DNA of 64,000 nt from Marsupella aquatica (lineage: Eukaryota > Plantae > Marchantiophyta): NCBI GenBank assembly GCA_973895155.1, contig OZ316893.1:17304770-17368769 (forward strand). Reading direction: 5' to 3'. The position numbers were made by a program, and so were the translations under genes. Shown piece by piece: positions 1 through 11,179 of this stretch. How positions within the stretch are numbered: position 1 is the stretch's first letter; each line of letters opens with the position of its first letter. The notes below the pieces were generated by a model, which saw only the letters and a list, made by a program, of their open reading frames with translations, did no database searches and was not told the DNA's origin.

Positions 1-985
1 AATCCTCACCTTGGCAGACCTAGCAAACCATGTGAAAGGGATAATAACCATTGAACAAATTCATGGGATGCCTTGATTGACCAGGAACGCAGTTGAGCAT
101 TTGACACCACTACTCATACTATAACTCACTGATTTATAATCACTTCCAGCCCAGGGGCCCACTGACAGGAAAGTTGCATAAGTCTAATGGGTGAGGATGG
201 AAATGGCACAAGGTAGAAATGGGGTATTTACAAACGACAGGAAATAGGAAACAGTAACAGGAAAGTGGGTGGTAATTTTTTTGGATTTTTTTTTGGATTT
301 TTTTTGGATTTTTTTTTGGAAAATGTTTTTTTGGGGAAAAAAAGTTTTTTTGTTTTGGTTTGTCATCATCATATTGCTAGCGCCCGGAGCTAACAATAGC
401 AGCGCTTGGCGCTCGCAAAAAAAACCCATGATTTTAATTATTTTGAAAAATAAGATTTTAAATGGTACATTTTTAGATCGTGTTTTTTACTGGTAATAGT
501 AAAATTTTCCTGGTAACAGGAAACTTTTTGCTGGTACCAGTAATCATGTTTTCCTGTTTCCTGTCTCGGTGGTGATGCCCGTAGAAATGAGGATGGAACC
601 TTTCAACCAAAATGTGGGCCACAATATTGCACCAGCAACTCCCACTGCAAAACTCAACCATGGGTGGTTCTCTTGTGATTCTCACTTGATCTAAAGGAGC
701 TGTTGGATTCATGGGAAGGTTGGTCTTCTCCTAGTGTTAAACAATAAACTGGATTTTGGAAGGTGATCTATGCTAGGTTGTGCTCCAATTTGCAATTGTG
801 AGTGGGATGTGAGTGATGGTCTATGCATTGCCTGCCAATGGAACATTGTAACGATCAAACAGATGTTTTATGACTGCCCACAAATTACACCCCACTATCC
901 TAAACTTGAACACATTGCAGAGGGCAACCTACTCAACAAAGCAATGTTCAGGATACTCAAATCATCACACTTATTCATTACCTGA
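1..985 (+). pseudogene. Degenerate L1/LINE ORF2 C-terminal relic (zf-RVT region), interrupted by a MITE
   Basis: Broken translations ILTLADL (start of window), GWKW (~195-210), SPSVKQ*TGFWKVIYARL (~725-780) and DGLCIACQWNIVTIKQMFYDCP (~815-880). These parallel the zf-RVT region of the intact-looking LINEs in this window (KAKTFVWRILAQGL...DGTCTLCVDTVETIPHIFLYC). Confidence 0.5.
222..580. mobile_element. Mutator-like MITE (359 bp)
   Basis: 9-bp direct repeat GTAGAAATG at 213-221 and 581-589. Termini are GGG...CCC. Imperfect TIRs: GGGTATTTACAAACGACAGGAAATAGGAAAC versus reverse complement of the right end GGGCATCACCACCGAGACAGGAAACAGGAAAAC. Non-coding T-rich interior with GGATTTTTTTT repeats. Confidence 0.7.
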
Positions 986-1923
986 AAAATTTAGTCACAT
1001 CATTTTTGCTTTGCTTCCGTAATAATTTGAAATTTGTCTTTACAGATTAACACACGATACTTCATAAAGCTCATCCACAATTCTCCTTTTCTCCCTGAAC
1101 TATTCTATCATCCAAGCGTTCAAGAATCTCCACTCAATAGCCTTCGTGTACATCTCACAAGTTTCTCCCAAATTCATCACTTTGTAGCCTCAACTCAATC
1201 TTTTCAGACCTACACATTCTCCTTTCTCAAATTGACACAACTACATTATAAGGTGCATTTACGTAGAAGATGAAGATGCTAAGCCCGACGTCTCCTTGCC
1301 GCTACAGAAAGTTGTAAACAACAACATGAATGAGGGCATGCTATGTACAAAGTCACAAAGATTACACTTAATGTTGTTCTATCAATTATTACATATGATT
1401 AGAAATACCAACCTATTCACTAAAAGTGTATTTTCTTTTGTTCACAAATCAGTACTGAAATGTACACTTTAAGACGCCCAAATGTATACTTTATAGGCCA
1501 AATCATATCAGTAAATATATTAATCAATAATACATATTATATTATTTATTAGTTCAAAAAGAACAGTAGGATAGAGATCATACTTATAAAAGAAATTCAG
1601 CACAAAGAACCCCAAGGACCATTGATAATGTGTGAACAAAATGACTTAACTCCAAATTAATAGATTATAAACTAGTGTACAATTATCTCCAAACTTACAA
1701 TGAACATAGAGTCATTTCTACTATCTAAGGGGCTGAACATGAGTCAGATCTCTAAACAAAGTGCTCGTTACAATGTGTATTTGAGGACATAACCCTGTCT
1801 CCTTTACTATCTACCCTATTGTCATGGTTGCAACTCCCTTTAATTATTTGTTGGGGAGCTGAAACTTGGTGGTGTTGTTCCTATTGACTATAATCTCCTG
1901 CAAAAAGTGTTTGGGGTTTTCTC

Positions 1924-2827
1924 TCACGGACTTGAATATTCCCATCCTAAAAATGATTTAGGAAGTGAGGTGACAAGTGCATTGTCAAGTTTCACCTCAA
2001 AACGTAAGCTACATATATGGTGCTTCAAGATCCAAGGAATCTCATTGCTATTGAGGTCCAACACACTATGCATGAACTGTGACTTACAAATTTTTGTTGT
2101 ACATCTCTTACTAAGTTGATCATAAGTAATCTCAGTTTTTGCCCTATCTTTCTTTATGTGCAATGGAGAGTTGAGAAGACTTCTGATAACATTGAATGTC
2201 ACTTGCATGTGATAGTTTCTCAAGACATGGCCAAAGAATTGCTAGAAGAAATTATCTCCACGATTGGTATGTGTGTAGGGCACTGGAAATAGTCTACGAT
2301 CCGGTCATGTCTGGGTTGGCAATCCCTTAAGCGGGGAGTCATCCACAAGGAGGGTGTTGGTTTCATCATATAGATTTCCAAATGCACTCTCACTCCATAC
2401 CACCCAAAATCCTCCAGTAGCCAATTTGCCTTTCCGTTTGTAATGTCACCCCTTTGAATGCTTGTGTCAAAGGCTTCCACTTGTGTGAATACAAACTTAT
2501 GTTTCAACGAACCGCTCCTCAACAGTGGAACATCATGCTCAACATTGTCACTATTTGCAGTATCCCAGTACATGTCCAAATTGCAATGTCAAACCGGTCA
2601 AAAACCAACTTTAGAAACTCATGGAGCCCTGGCCTTTCTGTATAAATGTGATTAATTCCATTTTTTATATCTCAACAATGCACTTCACTTGGGGTCACAA
2701 CGTTTTTGGACTTTCCCTTGCTTTGGAATTCAACAGAATTCCAAAGTATTTTGTTATTCCAAAGTATTTTGTTAAGATCCAAAATCAACAATTTTTACTT
2801 GATAGAACAAGGTCCCTATTCTGCAAG
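1924..2827 (-). pseudogene. FCP1/SCP-type (NIF) HAD-family phosphatase-like pseudogene
   Basis: Minus-strand motifs in the correct order across frameshifts: K*KLLILDLNKIL (~2765-2800), IYTERPGLHEFLKLVFDRFDIAIWTC (~2570-2650), KFVFTQ, YDETNTLLVDDSPLKG (~2325-2375), FPVPYTH. Splice acceptor CTTGCAG at 2827-2821. An 18-bp tandem duplication lies at ~2737-2773. Confidence 0.75.
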
Positions 2828-3052
2828 TGAAACAAATACCAATCTTAGAGAAAAAACCACATTTGAAATTTGGATAGGGATCGTCTCAACCACAAAGAAA
2901 ATCTACATACTATATTCATTGAGAAACCGCAAAGAGAGCAGATGGATAATACTAATGCTCTAATTGTTCTACGTGTTTTGTTAGGCTTGAAGTATAATTA
3001 TACTACATCATATCAAATTTGTAAGGTCACATGGCTAAATTGTAACCCCTGG

Positions 3053-3900
3053 CTAACAATGAGATCCATATTCATCAATCGAGATAGCATCACCAAGTTC
3101 TTGTTGGATCTCAAAATTTACATTGGAGGTACTCTCCTCTACCCAATAAGGTGCAGACCAGATTGGAGTTATCAATCCCAATTCTTCACTCCTAGAAGCT
3201 AGATCTTTTACGTGCTTTTTGTACGAGTCATTGTTCAAATTTGATTGAGCAACATCCAATGGTACTAACTGTGGTTCCTACATCTGGTCAAATTTTCCAC
3301 ACGAAACATTGGCAATCATACTCAAATGACTTATATCCAGTTGATCCTACTCTCTTCCCTTTCTTTTTCTAGACCAGAAGGATAATGGGACTTCTTGATT
3401 ATGACTGAACAAACACCAATTTGTCATCAAAAGCATAAAAGAGTATCAAGACAATTGAAGCACATGCCTGGTTGTCAGCAGTTGTCGATGTACTTGCTTC
3501 ATTGACAAAAATATTGGGTATTTGGATGGTCTTTGGTCTCAATCCCAATGTGTTGGCTTCATTGGACTCACCATGCCTCTCTACACCTTCATTGACAAGG
3601 TTGTTTGAAGAAAGTTTTTCAACCCAATTGCTTCCCAGCAAAGGTCAGTTGTTGTTGTCAGATGTAAATAATGTTAAAAACAAAGAGGCGAAAGAAAGAT
3701 GAGGTGCAATAACAAAGAAAACCAAGACAATCTACATATCAGTACCAACGTACCCTGATATACCCCAAGGCAATCAAGTAAAGAAGAAACACCTGTCTTG
3801 TCTTGTCTCGTCTTGTTTGGTCTTAGTTGAAGAATTCCATTCTTCGCTACTGGAATTAGTATATAGTTTCTTCAATGGATTAAAGACTAGGTCTCCATGT
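3053..3900 (-). pseudogene. Decayed upstream exon(s) of unknown function, co-oriented with the FCP1 exon
   Basis: ORF fragments 3053-3259 and 3399-3641, with a possible donor CAG|GT at ~3792. The segment VPLDVAQSNLNN...HVKDLASRSEELGLITPI weakly resembles a ParB/Srx N-terminal domain. Confidence 0.3.
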
Positions 3901-4169
3901 AGTGTCTGAACAAAGAGATGTTGGTGTCAGCCAATGGATTATAAAGCTCCTTCAAAAAAATTGTGAGACACCTACAAATCATGCACAGACTGGTAAAAGC
4001 AGAGCAAGATTGTTACTCACTGTAGACAAAGGAGTGCTAGATGAAAACATGATTGGCCTTAAGAGATTCATGGACATGTATTCCCGGACTACTAGTCAAC
4101 AACAAACCCTCAAGAAATGTAGACATTTGGGAACCAAGAACTGACTTGCATGCAGTGCATGTTACACCA

Positions 4170-5788
4170 TTAAAGTTTGAATCTATTTTCGAAATATGTG
4201 CCAACTTGAGCAAAATTAGGGACAACATGAATCACTTTAGCAATGTTTGCTACATCCACATTCAACAATATAAGGCACTTTGGATATTCTGTAAAGTGCT
4301 TTCCTGCTTGTAGAGTCTGTCATGCCTTCATCAACCCACTGGAGTTTTGCAGTGCAGTAACTTCCAATCTTCATCCCTTGGCAGCTTTTCCATCATTCTA
4401 ACAAATGCTAGATGCTTCATGATCTTCTTGCCACCCTTATCAATGACTTCACAAGAAATCAACAACCTCAGTTGACCATAAGATGTTACAAGATCAATGC
4501 CAGCTTCTTCCATCTGAAGAGAGACAAATCCAAAGCATTCCTTACCATGGAAACTTCTGCAGGCATGGGTGTACATTGGCCAATCTCCAAATCGGATGCC
4601 TTCCCCAACAGGCACTGCTAAGCTCTTCCAAAGTTGTATTATCTCAGGAACTGCACAGTTCTCATCATTCAAGTACATAACAAAGGCCTCTCTAAGGTGG
4701 AGTTTTATTTCTGGTTGGCATTGAAAGAGTTCACTCACTTCTGTAGGCACAAAGTCCTTGTCAATTGCATCAAGCCAACTGAATGTCAACCTTAAATCCT
4801 TTCCAGATAGAGTTATCTGTCTAGTCAATACAGCCTGCACATAGGAAATCATAAAGCACATGCATAAGTGCTTACAAGACATTCTTTGTAAAGTGACATG
4901 ATGCTCCACTGAAAGTACAAACTGAAAGTACATACGGGCAGTAGTGGGAGGGAGGTAAGGGGAATAGTACCCGGTCCAGTGCAATAACATCTTCATCATG
5001 CACAATTAAGTCTTCTTGACAGCTCACTTTGTCTAGTAAAATTCTAGTCCTCTGGCTATGCCTTGCTATCAATTTGCCCCATGAAATTCCTCTTATTTCT
5101 ATGTTTGTATGGAACCTTCATGAGAGCAATGTGAAGATGTTCAAATATACCTGTGTCATATTCTAAAGGCAACCCGCATAGTCTAATACAATCTTTCAGG
5201 TGACTCATGGCATGTACTTTTACAATGTTGAAACTTGACTTCTGCCAAGTTTTAGTGTTTTATCATCGATCCTATTGCTTTTTTTCATTAATTGATCCAT
5301 TTGATTTAAGGACCTCTCAGAATGCTGTTTACTCTGGAATGCTAGCAAATACCAATCTATGTAGTCCACAAAAACCCCCGCAAAAACCTCAATGAGTGGA
5401 TGTGGAATGACGCCAAGCAAACAAAATACCACAACCTGCATAACAAATTTGTGCTTGAATCCATGAAAATTAGCATTGCTTTGAAAGTAACCACTTTGGG
5501 TACTCCCAGGCAATCTAAAGGAAGCATAACAACATTCCTTGTGTATTTTCTGGTCAGAGTCTTCTATCAAGTTCTTGCATAGGTTTTTTCATAAGGCTCT
5601 AGGAAGTAGCAGCCAATCTCACAATGCCCACCACCAGAGTCTTGAATACACCTAGTACGGACTAATGAAGACCGTCTAATTGTATGCATCAATAGGGATT
5701 TCCATATAGCAAATCACCTCCACAAAATCCCCATAGAGCACATTGAAAGACATCACAAGGAAAAAAATCACTCATAGTTGACACAAAC
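4170..5788 (-). pseudogene. Plavaka-type transposase, C-terminal half (N-terminus absent beyond the LTR junction at 5789)
   Basis: Motifs NPY*CIQLDGLH*SVLGVFKTL; FNIVKVHAMSHLKDCIRLCGLPLEYDTGIFEHLHIALMKVPYKHRNKRNFMGQI (~5070-5240, compare Plavaka FNxPKxHxxxHYxxxIRxxGxxxNYSTxxxExxHxxxxKxxYxxSN); HACRSFHGKECFGFV...YGQLRLLI...HLAFVR; VDVANIAKVIHVVPNF...YFENRFKL-stop. Confidence 0.75.
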
Positions 5789-6253
5789 TGTGACGCCGCC
5801 AGCACGGCTGGTATTGAGTAATACGGCTTAACCCGTGTTAAGCACATACGAAGTAGACTTAGGAGTCCGTAGTTATTAGCATAGCAACACAAATTAGCTA
5901 GTCATGATGTTTAGGACAAGTTTAGTCAATAATGAGCATTCACGCTCGGGCTGGCGGCGCCACGCCAAACGTACCGCCAGATTAGGGGCGCGTTATGGCC
6001 GTCTACCTCGGATCTGTATAATTGATCCAAAGGCGGCCCTCTAACACGCCCTGACCCGGACCTGAGGAGTTGTTGGTACACTTTGGGTGTGAGGGACTCA
6101 GCCTATCAAAGCAGGAGGAGCCGATCGATTGACACACTGCAAGGGTATAAAAGGCGAGCTCTTCCCTGCCTTTGAATCACTAGTTCACTTTGCGCGCTAG
6201 GTTTGCTCCCAGCTCCTCTATTTCCCCCTCAGTGACCTAGCACACCGCGCCAT

Positions 6254-9171
6254 ATGTCTGTCACGATTATGTCCAGTTTTGCCATTTGCTTTTGGTTTCA
6301 ATTTTTAAGCATTGGTAACCACCTTGTAGCCTCGCGCTCGCCAAGCACAACCCGCGCAAGTACAAAGCTAAAAAGCATTAAGAACTGCTTATACGTTTGA
6401 ACGGGCATTCTCACTACAACAACGACCTTAATCTTCCTTTTGAGAGCAAGTACTGTCACGACGATGAGATAGCCGAGTTCTTCTTCAAGGGATCAAAGTA
6501 CCTTGGCTTTGAAGAAGCGCTCCTCCAAATCCCGGACGAGGTCTTCAAGATCCTGGGCATGGTGGACTTGCAGCGCCATCACTTTGACGACATACCTGCC
6601 AGGGTGCAGTCCTTCCTCAACTATCAGTTCGGTAATAGCCCAAACCCAGGCGGACCATCGTTGATCGCAACTTTGCTTGGCTTCCCATCTAGAACATTGG
6701 GCCCTATGGCACCTCCCCCAGCAACACCAGCGGCCAGTGCACAGGCGTAGACCCCACCCCAGGTACCCTCAACCCGCTCCCCACCACCGATGGCACCACC
6801 CGCTTGGGTATGATCCATGGTGAATGCGGTGAATCTAAGCTTGGAGGACAAGGAAGTTCCTCCACCTCTTGTCCGGAAACCACCAGGGATGCATCAATCC
6901 GGGGCGGGTAACACATTGCCATCCCAACAAGCCCAAACCCAGGAGGCGGAACCAATAGACAACACGGTGACGGTTGCGGCCCTGACACCAGTTCTAACGG
7001 CAGTAGCACTACCACTGTCAGATAGAGAAGATGGGGAGATGTCCCCCTCTACAAGTCACCCCGAGAACCAATCTTGGGGTAGAAAGAGGAAGGAGTGAGC
7101 TTCAGTATCCGGCTTACCCGTGGCCATCGTCGAAGTGGCCAAATTGATCATGCATCGCATGGGGGAGAATGTCCACAAGAACATTTTCCACCCAAAGCAT
7201 GCATGTTACCTGAAGACCCAAGGGTTCAAACACCTTGCCGCCCTCCCCTTGGAACACTTGCAGGTACTACGGGCAAGATATGACGGAGTTCATTCAAAAC
7301 TTTGACAAGGCCCGCCAACAAACCCGTGCGCATGGACGGGTAATGTCTCTGACCAAAGAGCGGCTGAAGCTCATCTTTGGTCTACCCGAGGGACAAAATT
7401 GAGTGGAATCACGGGCACCAAGGGGCAAGGGAGCCAAGTACCAATCTTCTAGCTTCCCGATCGAGGGTTCGATGGACAACGGCTTCATGATGAGGACATG
7501 CCTCATCCCAAAGATAGCAGAGCTGTTGGAGTTTCAGCTCGGGGGGTTGACTATCAAAAATCTTAGGAACCACGTGCGATCCAAAATAGGTAATTTTCAT
7601 AGAGATTAACTAAAATTTTAAAAAGCGTAGGAAGCAAAAGAAGGTATTATAAACCCATATTTGTAGAATATTCTCTAATATATACCTTTTATAAAATAAT
7701 ATAGGTCATTAATATTAAGAATAGAGAATATTTTTGGAATATTCCCGTTATAAAATAGGCGTGTTTATATTAGGCTAGGATTGCATGTGGTACCCCAAAA
7801 TATATACTAAGTTAACTCCCCGAGAGTTTCAGAGGTATGCTCTCCACATGATGGAGCCATGGGGCAAGATATCCGCCGCCCAAGTCGAGAACTACCGGCC
7901 TAGGAGGTGGGCTTCTTTCTTCATTAAGAAGTTCCATGAGGAGATGGAACGACAAAGGAAGACCTTGTACCTCGGGGGGGGGGGGAGGCGTACCTTGCAG
8001 GCCACATCAAGATCATCATAGAGTGGTACGCCCATTTTGATTGAAAACCCTTCCGAGGTGCAATGAGCCGGAACTTACCCTGGCCAAGTGGATCTTCCCG
8101 GCTCAGGAGAGACGTCCACAACCTGAAGCCCAAAGTCTAGCGCCTATGGTGCCCACCCCAACCCCACAGACAACTATTGGGGCCCCTTCTTCTGTGCTGG
8201 ACTCGGCGGTCATTGCAACCCTGGACGCCCAAAACCAGGCCCGGCCGTGCGATCACAGCCGATCGGGTTGAAGCTGGCCACAAACCAAAAGCCACAATCC
8301 CGGAGGAAGCCTTAGTACCCTCCGCACCTGTACAAGCGGGTCCCCCTTTCCCTTTTGGAGACCACTCTCCCTCTACCCTTGCCACCCCGGGGCTGGATGT
8401 AACAACTCCGGCTTCTGCCCAAGTCGAGGTCTGTCCTTGCCCTAACCCAAGTGGGCACAGCCTGGTGAACCCGAAACTCTTTGCACCGGGTTTGTATTTG
8501 AATGGGTTGTTGGGCAACTTCTCCCAACAAGTTGGTCGGGATATGGGAGAGTTCATGGCCCGCAAGTTGGCTTACTTCTTTAGCCAGGAACTAGTGCCGG
8601 CAGTGAAAGTAGGGCACGCTCAAGCTGAAGCCGCAACAAAAATTGAGCGATATTGGGTTGAGGCGGCCAAACTCTTAGATGAGGCCTTGAATCGAGAAAC
8701 TAAACTGGAACTTCTCTGGCCTCAGCTTGCTACCGCTCTGACCCAGGTCACCGACGCTTAGCCTTGGCCGTACAAGCCAAAGCCAGAAACAACGCCGAGA
8801 TCTCATGGCTCCGGGCCCAGATTGACAGCTTGAAGGGGTAAGCCGTCATCTGGCAAAAGGACATAGAGGAGGCCGACGCTTGGGCCTAGAGGGATATAGC
8901 CAAGGTGGACAACCTAAAAGCAAAAGTGGCATGGCTTCTACAAGAAGCCACTAAACAAGACCAATTGGTGGTGTAGCTAACAAGCAATGCCGAGCAGTTG
9001 GAAGAGGCATGCCAGGAAGCCGCAAAGGAGATGGATGCGGTGAAGCAAGAAAACAAGTCTCTCCTAGACCAAGTCTAGATCCTCAAGCAGGACATTGACC
9101 GGCTGAGGAGACAGCAGGACGGCCGCTCTAAGTCCAACTTGGGTGGGTCTGGCAAACGTCCCAAACATTAG
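6254..9171 (+). pseudogene. Long decayed accessory ORF inside LTR A (Transposase_32/PMD-like core, Pro-rich linkers, C-terminal coiled coil)
   Basis: Chain of plus-strand ORF pieces broken by stops, frameshifts and a MITE. Core reads EFIQNFDKARQQTRAHGRVMSLTKERLKLIFGLPEG ... WASFFIKKFHEEMERQ. Heptad-rich tail at 8600-9120. Confidence 0.6.
7571..7789. mobile_element. AT-rich MITE with CAC...GTG termini and a 4-bp TSD
   Basis: TIRs CACGTGCGATCC and GGATTGCATGTG (10/12 match). Flanks are GAAC and GTAC. Deleting 7571-7793 rejoins the host ORF in frame (KNLRN|PKIYTKL). Confidence 0.65.
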
Positions 9172-10623
9172 CAGCATGGCAAGTTTAGAATAGAGTTGGT
9201 TTAGCCAGGAAGGTCGGACGCTAAGGACAAGCGTCGAAACTAGTTAGGGGCATTGTCCTATCTGACCAACCTTCTTTTAGCATAGAATCTTAGAATAAAA
9301 CACGCCATTTTGCAGCTTGACAGTAGCAAAATGTAGGGTAGAATAGATTCAAGCACGTGGCCGTTCCGGGCCGCGGCTCTTAGTTAGTATTTAGTGCACC
9401 CCCTGGTAGAGGCAGGGGGAGGGTTTAGGTTCAGAACTGGGTATCCGTAGGATGTGCGGAGAGTCCCGGCCTTAGTGAATAAAAGAGCACTAAGGAGTGA
9501 GAGTACGACTAATCTTGCAGGGCGAGTGCGGAGTTGGGCTCTGTTATAGTGTACACCTTCCTGCCATTGGGCCTGTTTATTCAGAAGAAGTCGAGTCAAT
9601 CGTGTATATGTGTATGACGGATTCTGAAGTAAAGTTTTTTCCCCATTATTTCCTTTGTCTAAAACCAGATTGTATGTTGAGGATTTTGTTGTAAGCATAA
9701 ATCTCATATAAGAGTAGAGAATGCTTGGTGTGATATCATGGCTATGTCCAAAAAAATTAAAAAGTGAAATTTTTTGAAAATTTTGTCTCATTACCGGGTT
9801 AATGGAGTATAATAAACCCGGAAATGGCTACAAAGTCTAGTTTACAGTACAAAATCCAGAAATATCCGGATAGCACTCTTTTTGGAACTTTAAAATATTG
9901 GTACAATCGCACCACGAGAGAAGGCGTTTGAGAATGAAGATAAAACCATAAGTTGAGCATCCGGCCGGAGACTGAGACTTGGTTTTCGAGTTCTTAAGGC
10001 AATTGTTCGGGCTGCAGTCCACACACCGAGACATTGCGGAAATCTTTAGTTTGAAGGATTGGAGATAATAGAGTCGGACGAGGCTGCCGATTTAAGGCAT
10101 TAGTAATGAGGAATTGGTTACGGGGGAAGTGGGTGATCGTTTGATTGAGTGGGGAAGTGGCGACTTGATTCCAATTTCCGGATTTGAGATTTCCGGAGTT
10201 TTGTGAAGGGATTTTAATTTGGTTTCTTTCTCTCCATCGCCTCATCATGGTGAAGAGAAAGGATCTGGATTTTCCCCAAACAAATCCGAAATCCGGACGA
10301 TGCCTAAGCGTACGACCAAGGAGCGGACTGTCATGGTTAATGAGAAGCCGTTGCGACCCAAGATCCCGTCGGATCCGGAAAGGAAGGCCTGGCTTCAGAA
10401 TAATTTAGAGGCGATGGGCTGTGCAAAGCTACTTGAGTTACCATGGGGTTACCAGAGTGCGGAATTTGTGAAGGAGGTCCGGATTCGTGCAACCCTTACT
10501 TCAGAATTTTTGGATTCTATTAGAGGAAATCCGGAAAAGTGGACAGTGGCTGTCATTTCATCATTGTTGGATGTGTCATTGAAAGCAGAGAGCTTTCTAA
10601 CTTTGAAGGAGAATTTTGCCGAC

Positions 10624-10820
10624 TGTTGTAAACCCTAGTTTACCCCTTAACCATAGGGCGAGAACCCTTAACCATAGTATGAGAACTCCTAACCATAGGA
10701 CCAGTATAAGGGCATTTGCCTACCATGTAACCAAGGGGATATATATATCCCCTCATCAATAGTAATGGATCTATCTTGTTGGAGTATCTTTGAGTGTTCC
10801 TTTAGTTGTCTATTACAACA
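10624..10820 (+). repeat. 5' LTR of Bianca Copia
   Basis: TGTTGTA...TACAACA termini. Three TAACCATAG subrepeats. Palindromic TATA region GGGGATATATATATCCCC. Confidence 0.97.
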
Positions 10821-11179
10821 CGTTATCAGCACGAGCCAGTCTCTAAAAATCATTTTTTTTCAAGCAGATGCAATCGAGTTTTACACGAGGAGAATGCTCG
10901 TAAAGTGGCATTTTTTTTAGAAACTGCCATAACCGTTTTTTTTCTTGGTCTCCATTCTTTTGCCTCAGAGTTGAATTTTTTTTACAAAACACGAAATTTC
11001 ACATAGAGCATCAATTCGGGACCAGCATATCGAGAGTCCAAAGGACTAATACTTTATTGGCATGATTGAAAGCTCCCTCAGCTCCATATACAAGCTTCCA
11101 ACCGGTCAATTGTACAATCGAGATACTTCACTCGATTCAATCTTCACCAAAGTTCTTAAATCAACTGACATCCCGAATA

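Noticed and set aside
184-496. Lys-rich and Phe-rich ORFs
   Set aside because: Translations of T/A homopolymer tracts inside the MITE.
1924-3900. TET/JBP dioxygenase cargo next to Plavaka, as in fungi
   Set aside because: No HxD...H...R pattern was found; the motifs fit an FCP1/NIF domain instead.
9729-9745. GGTGTGATA as the 3' end of LTR A followed by a TGG PBS
   Set aside because: Better explained as the start of solo LTR B, which has a matching CTTGG TSD and aligns with the start of solo LTR E.
10630-10650. Telomere-like AAACCCTA at the Bianca LTR start
   Set aside because: A single unit within an LTR, not a telomeric array.
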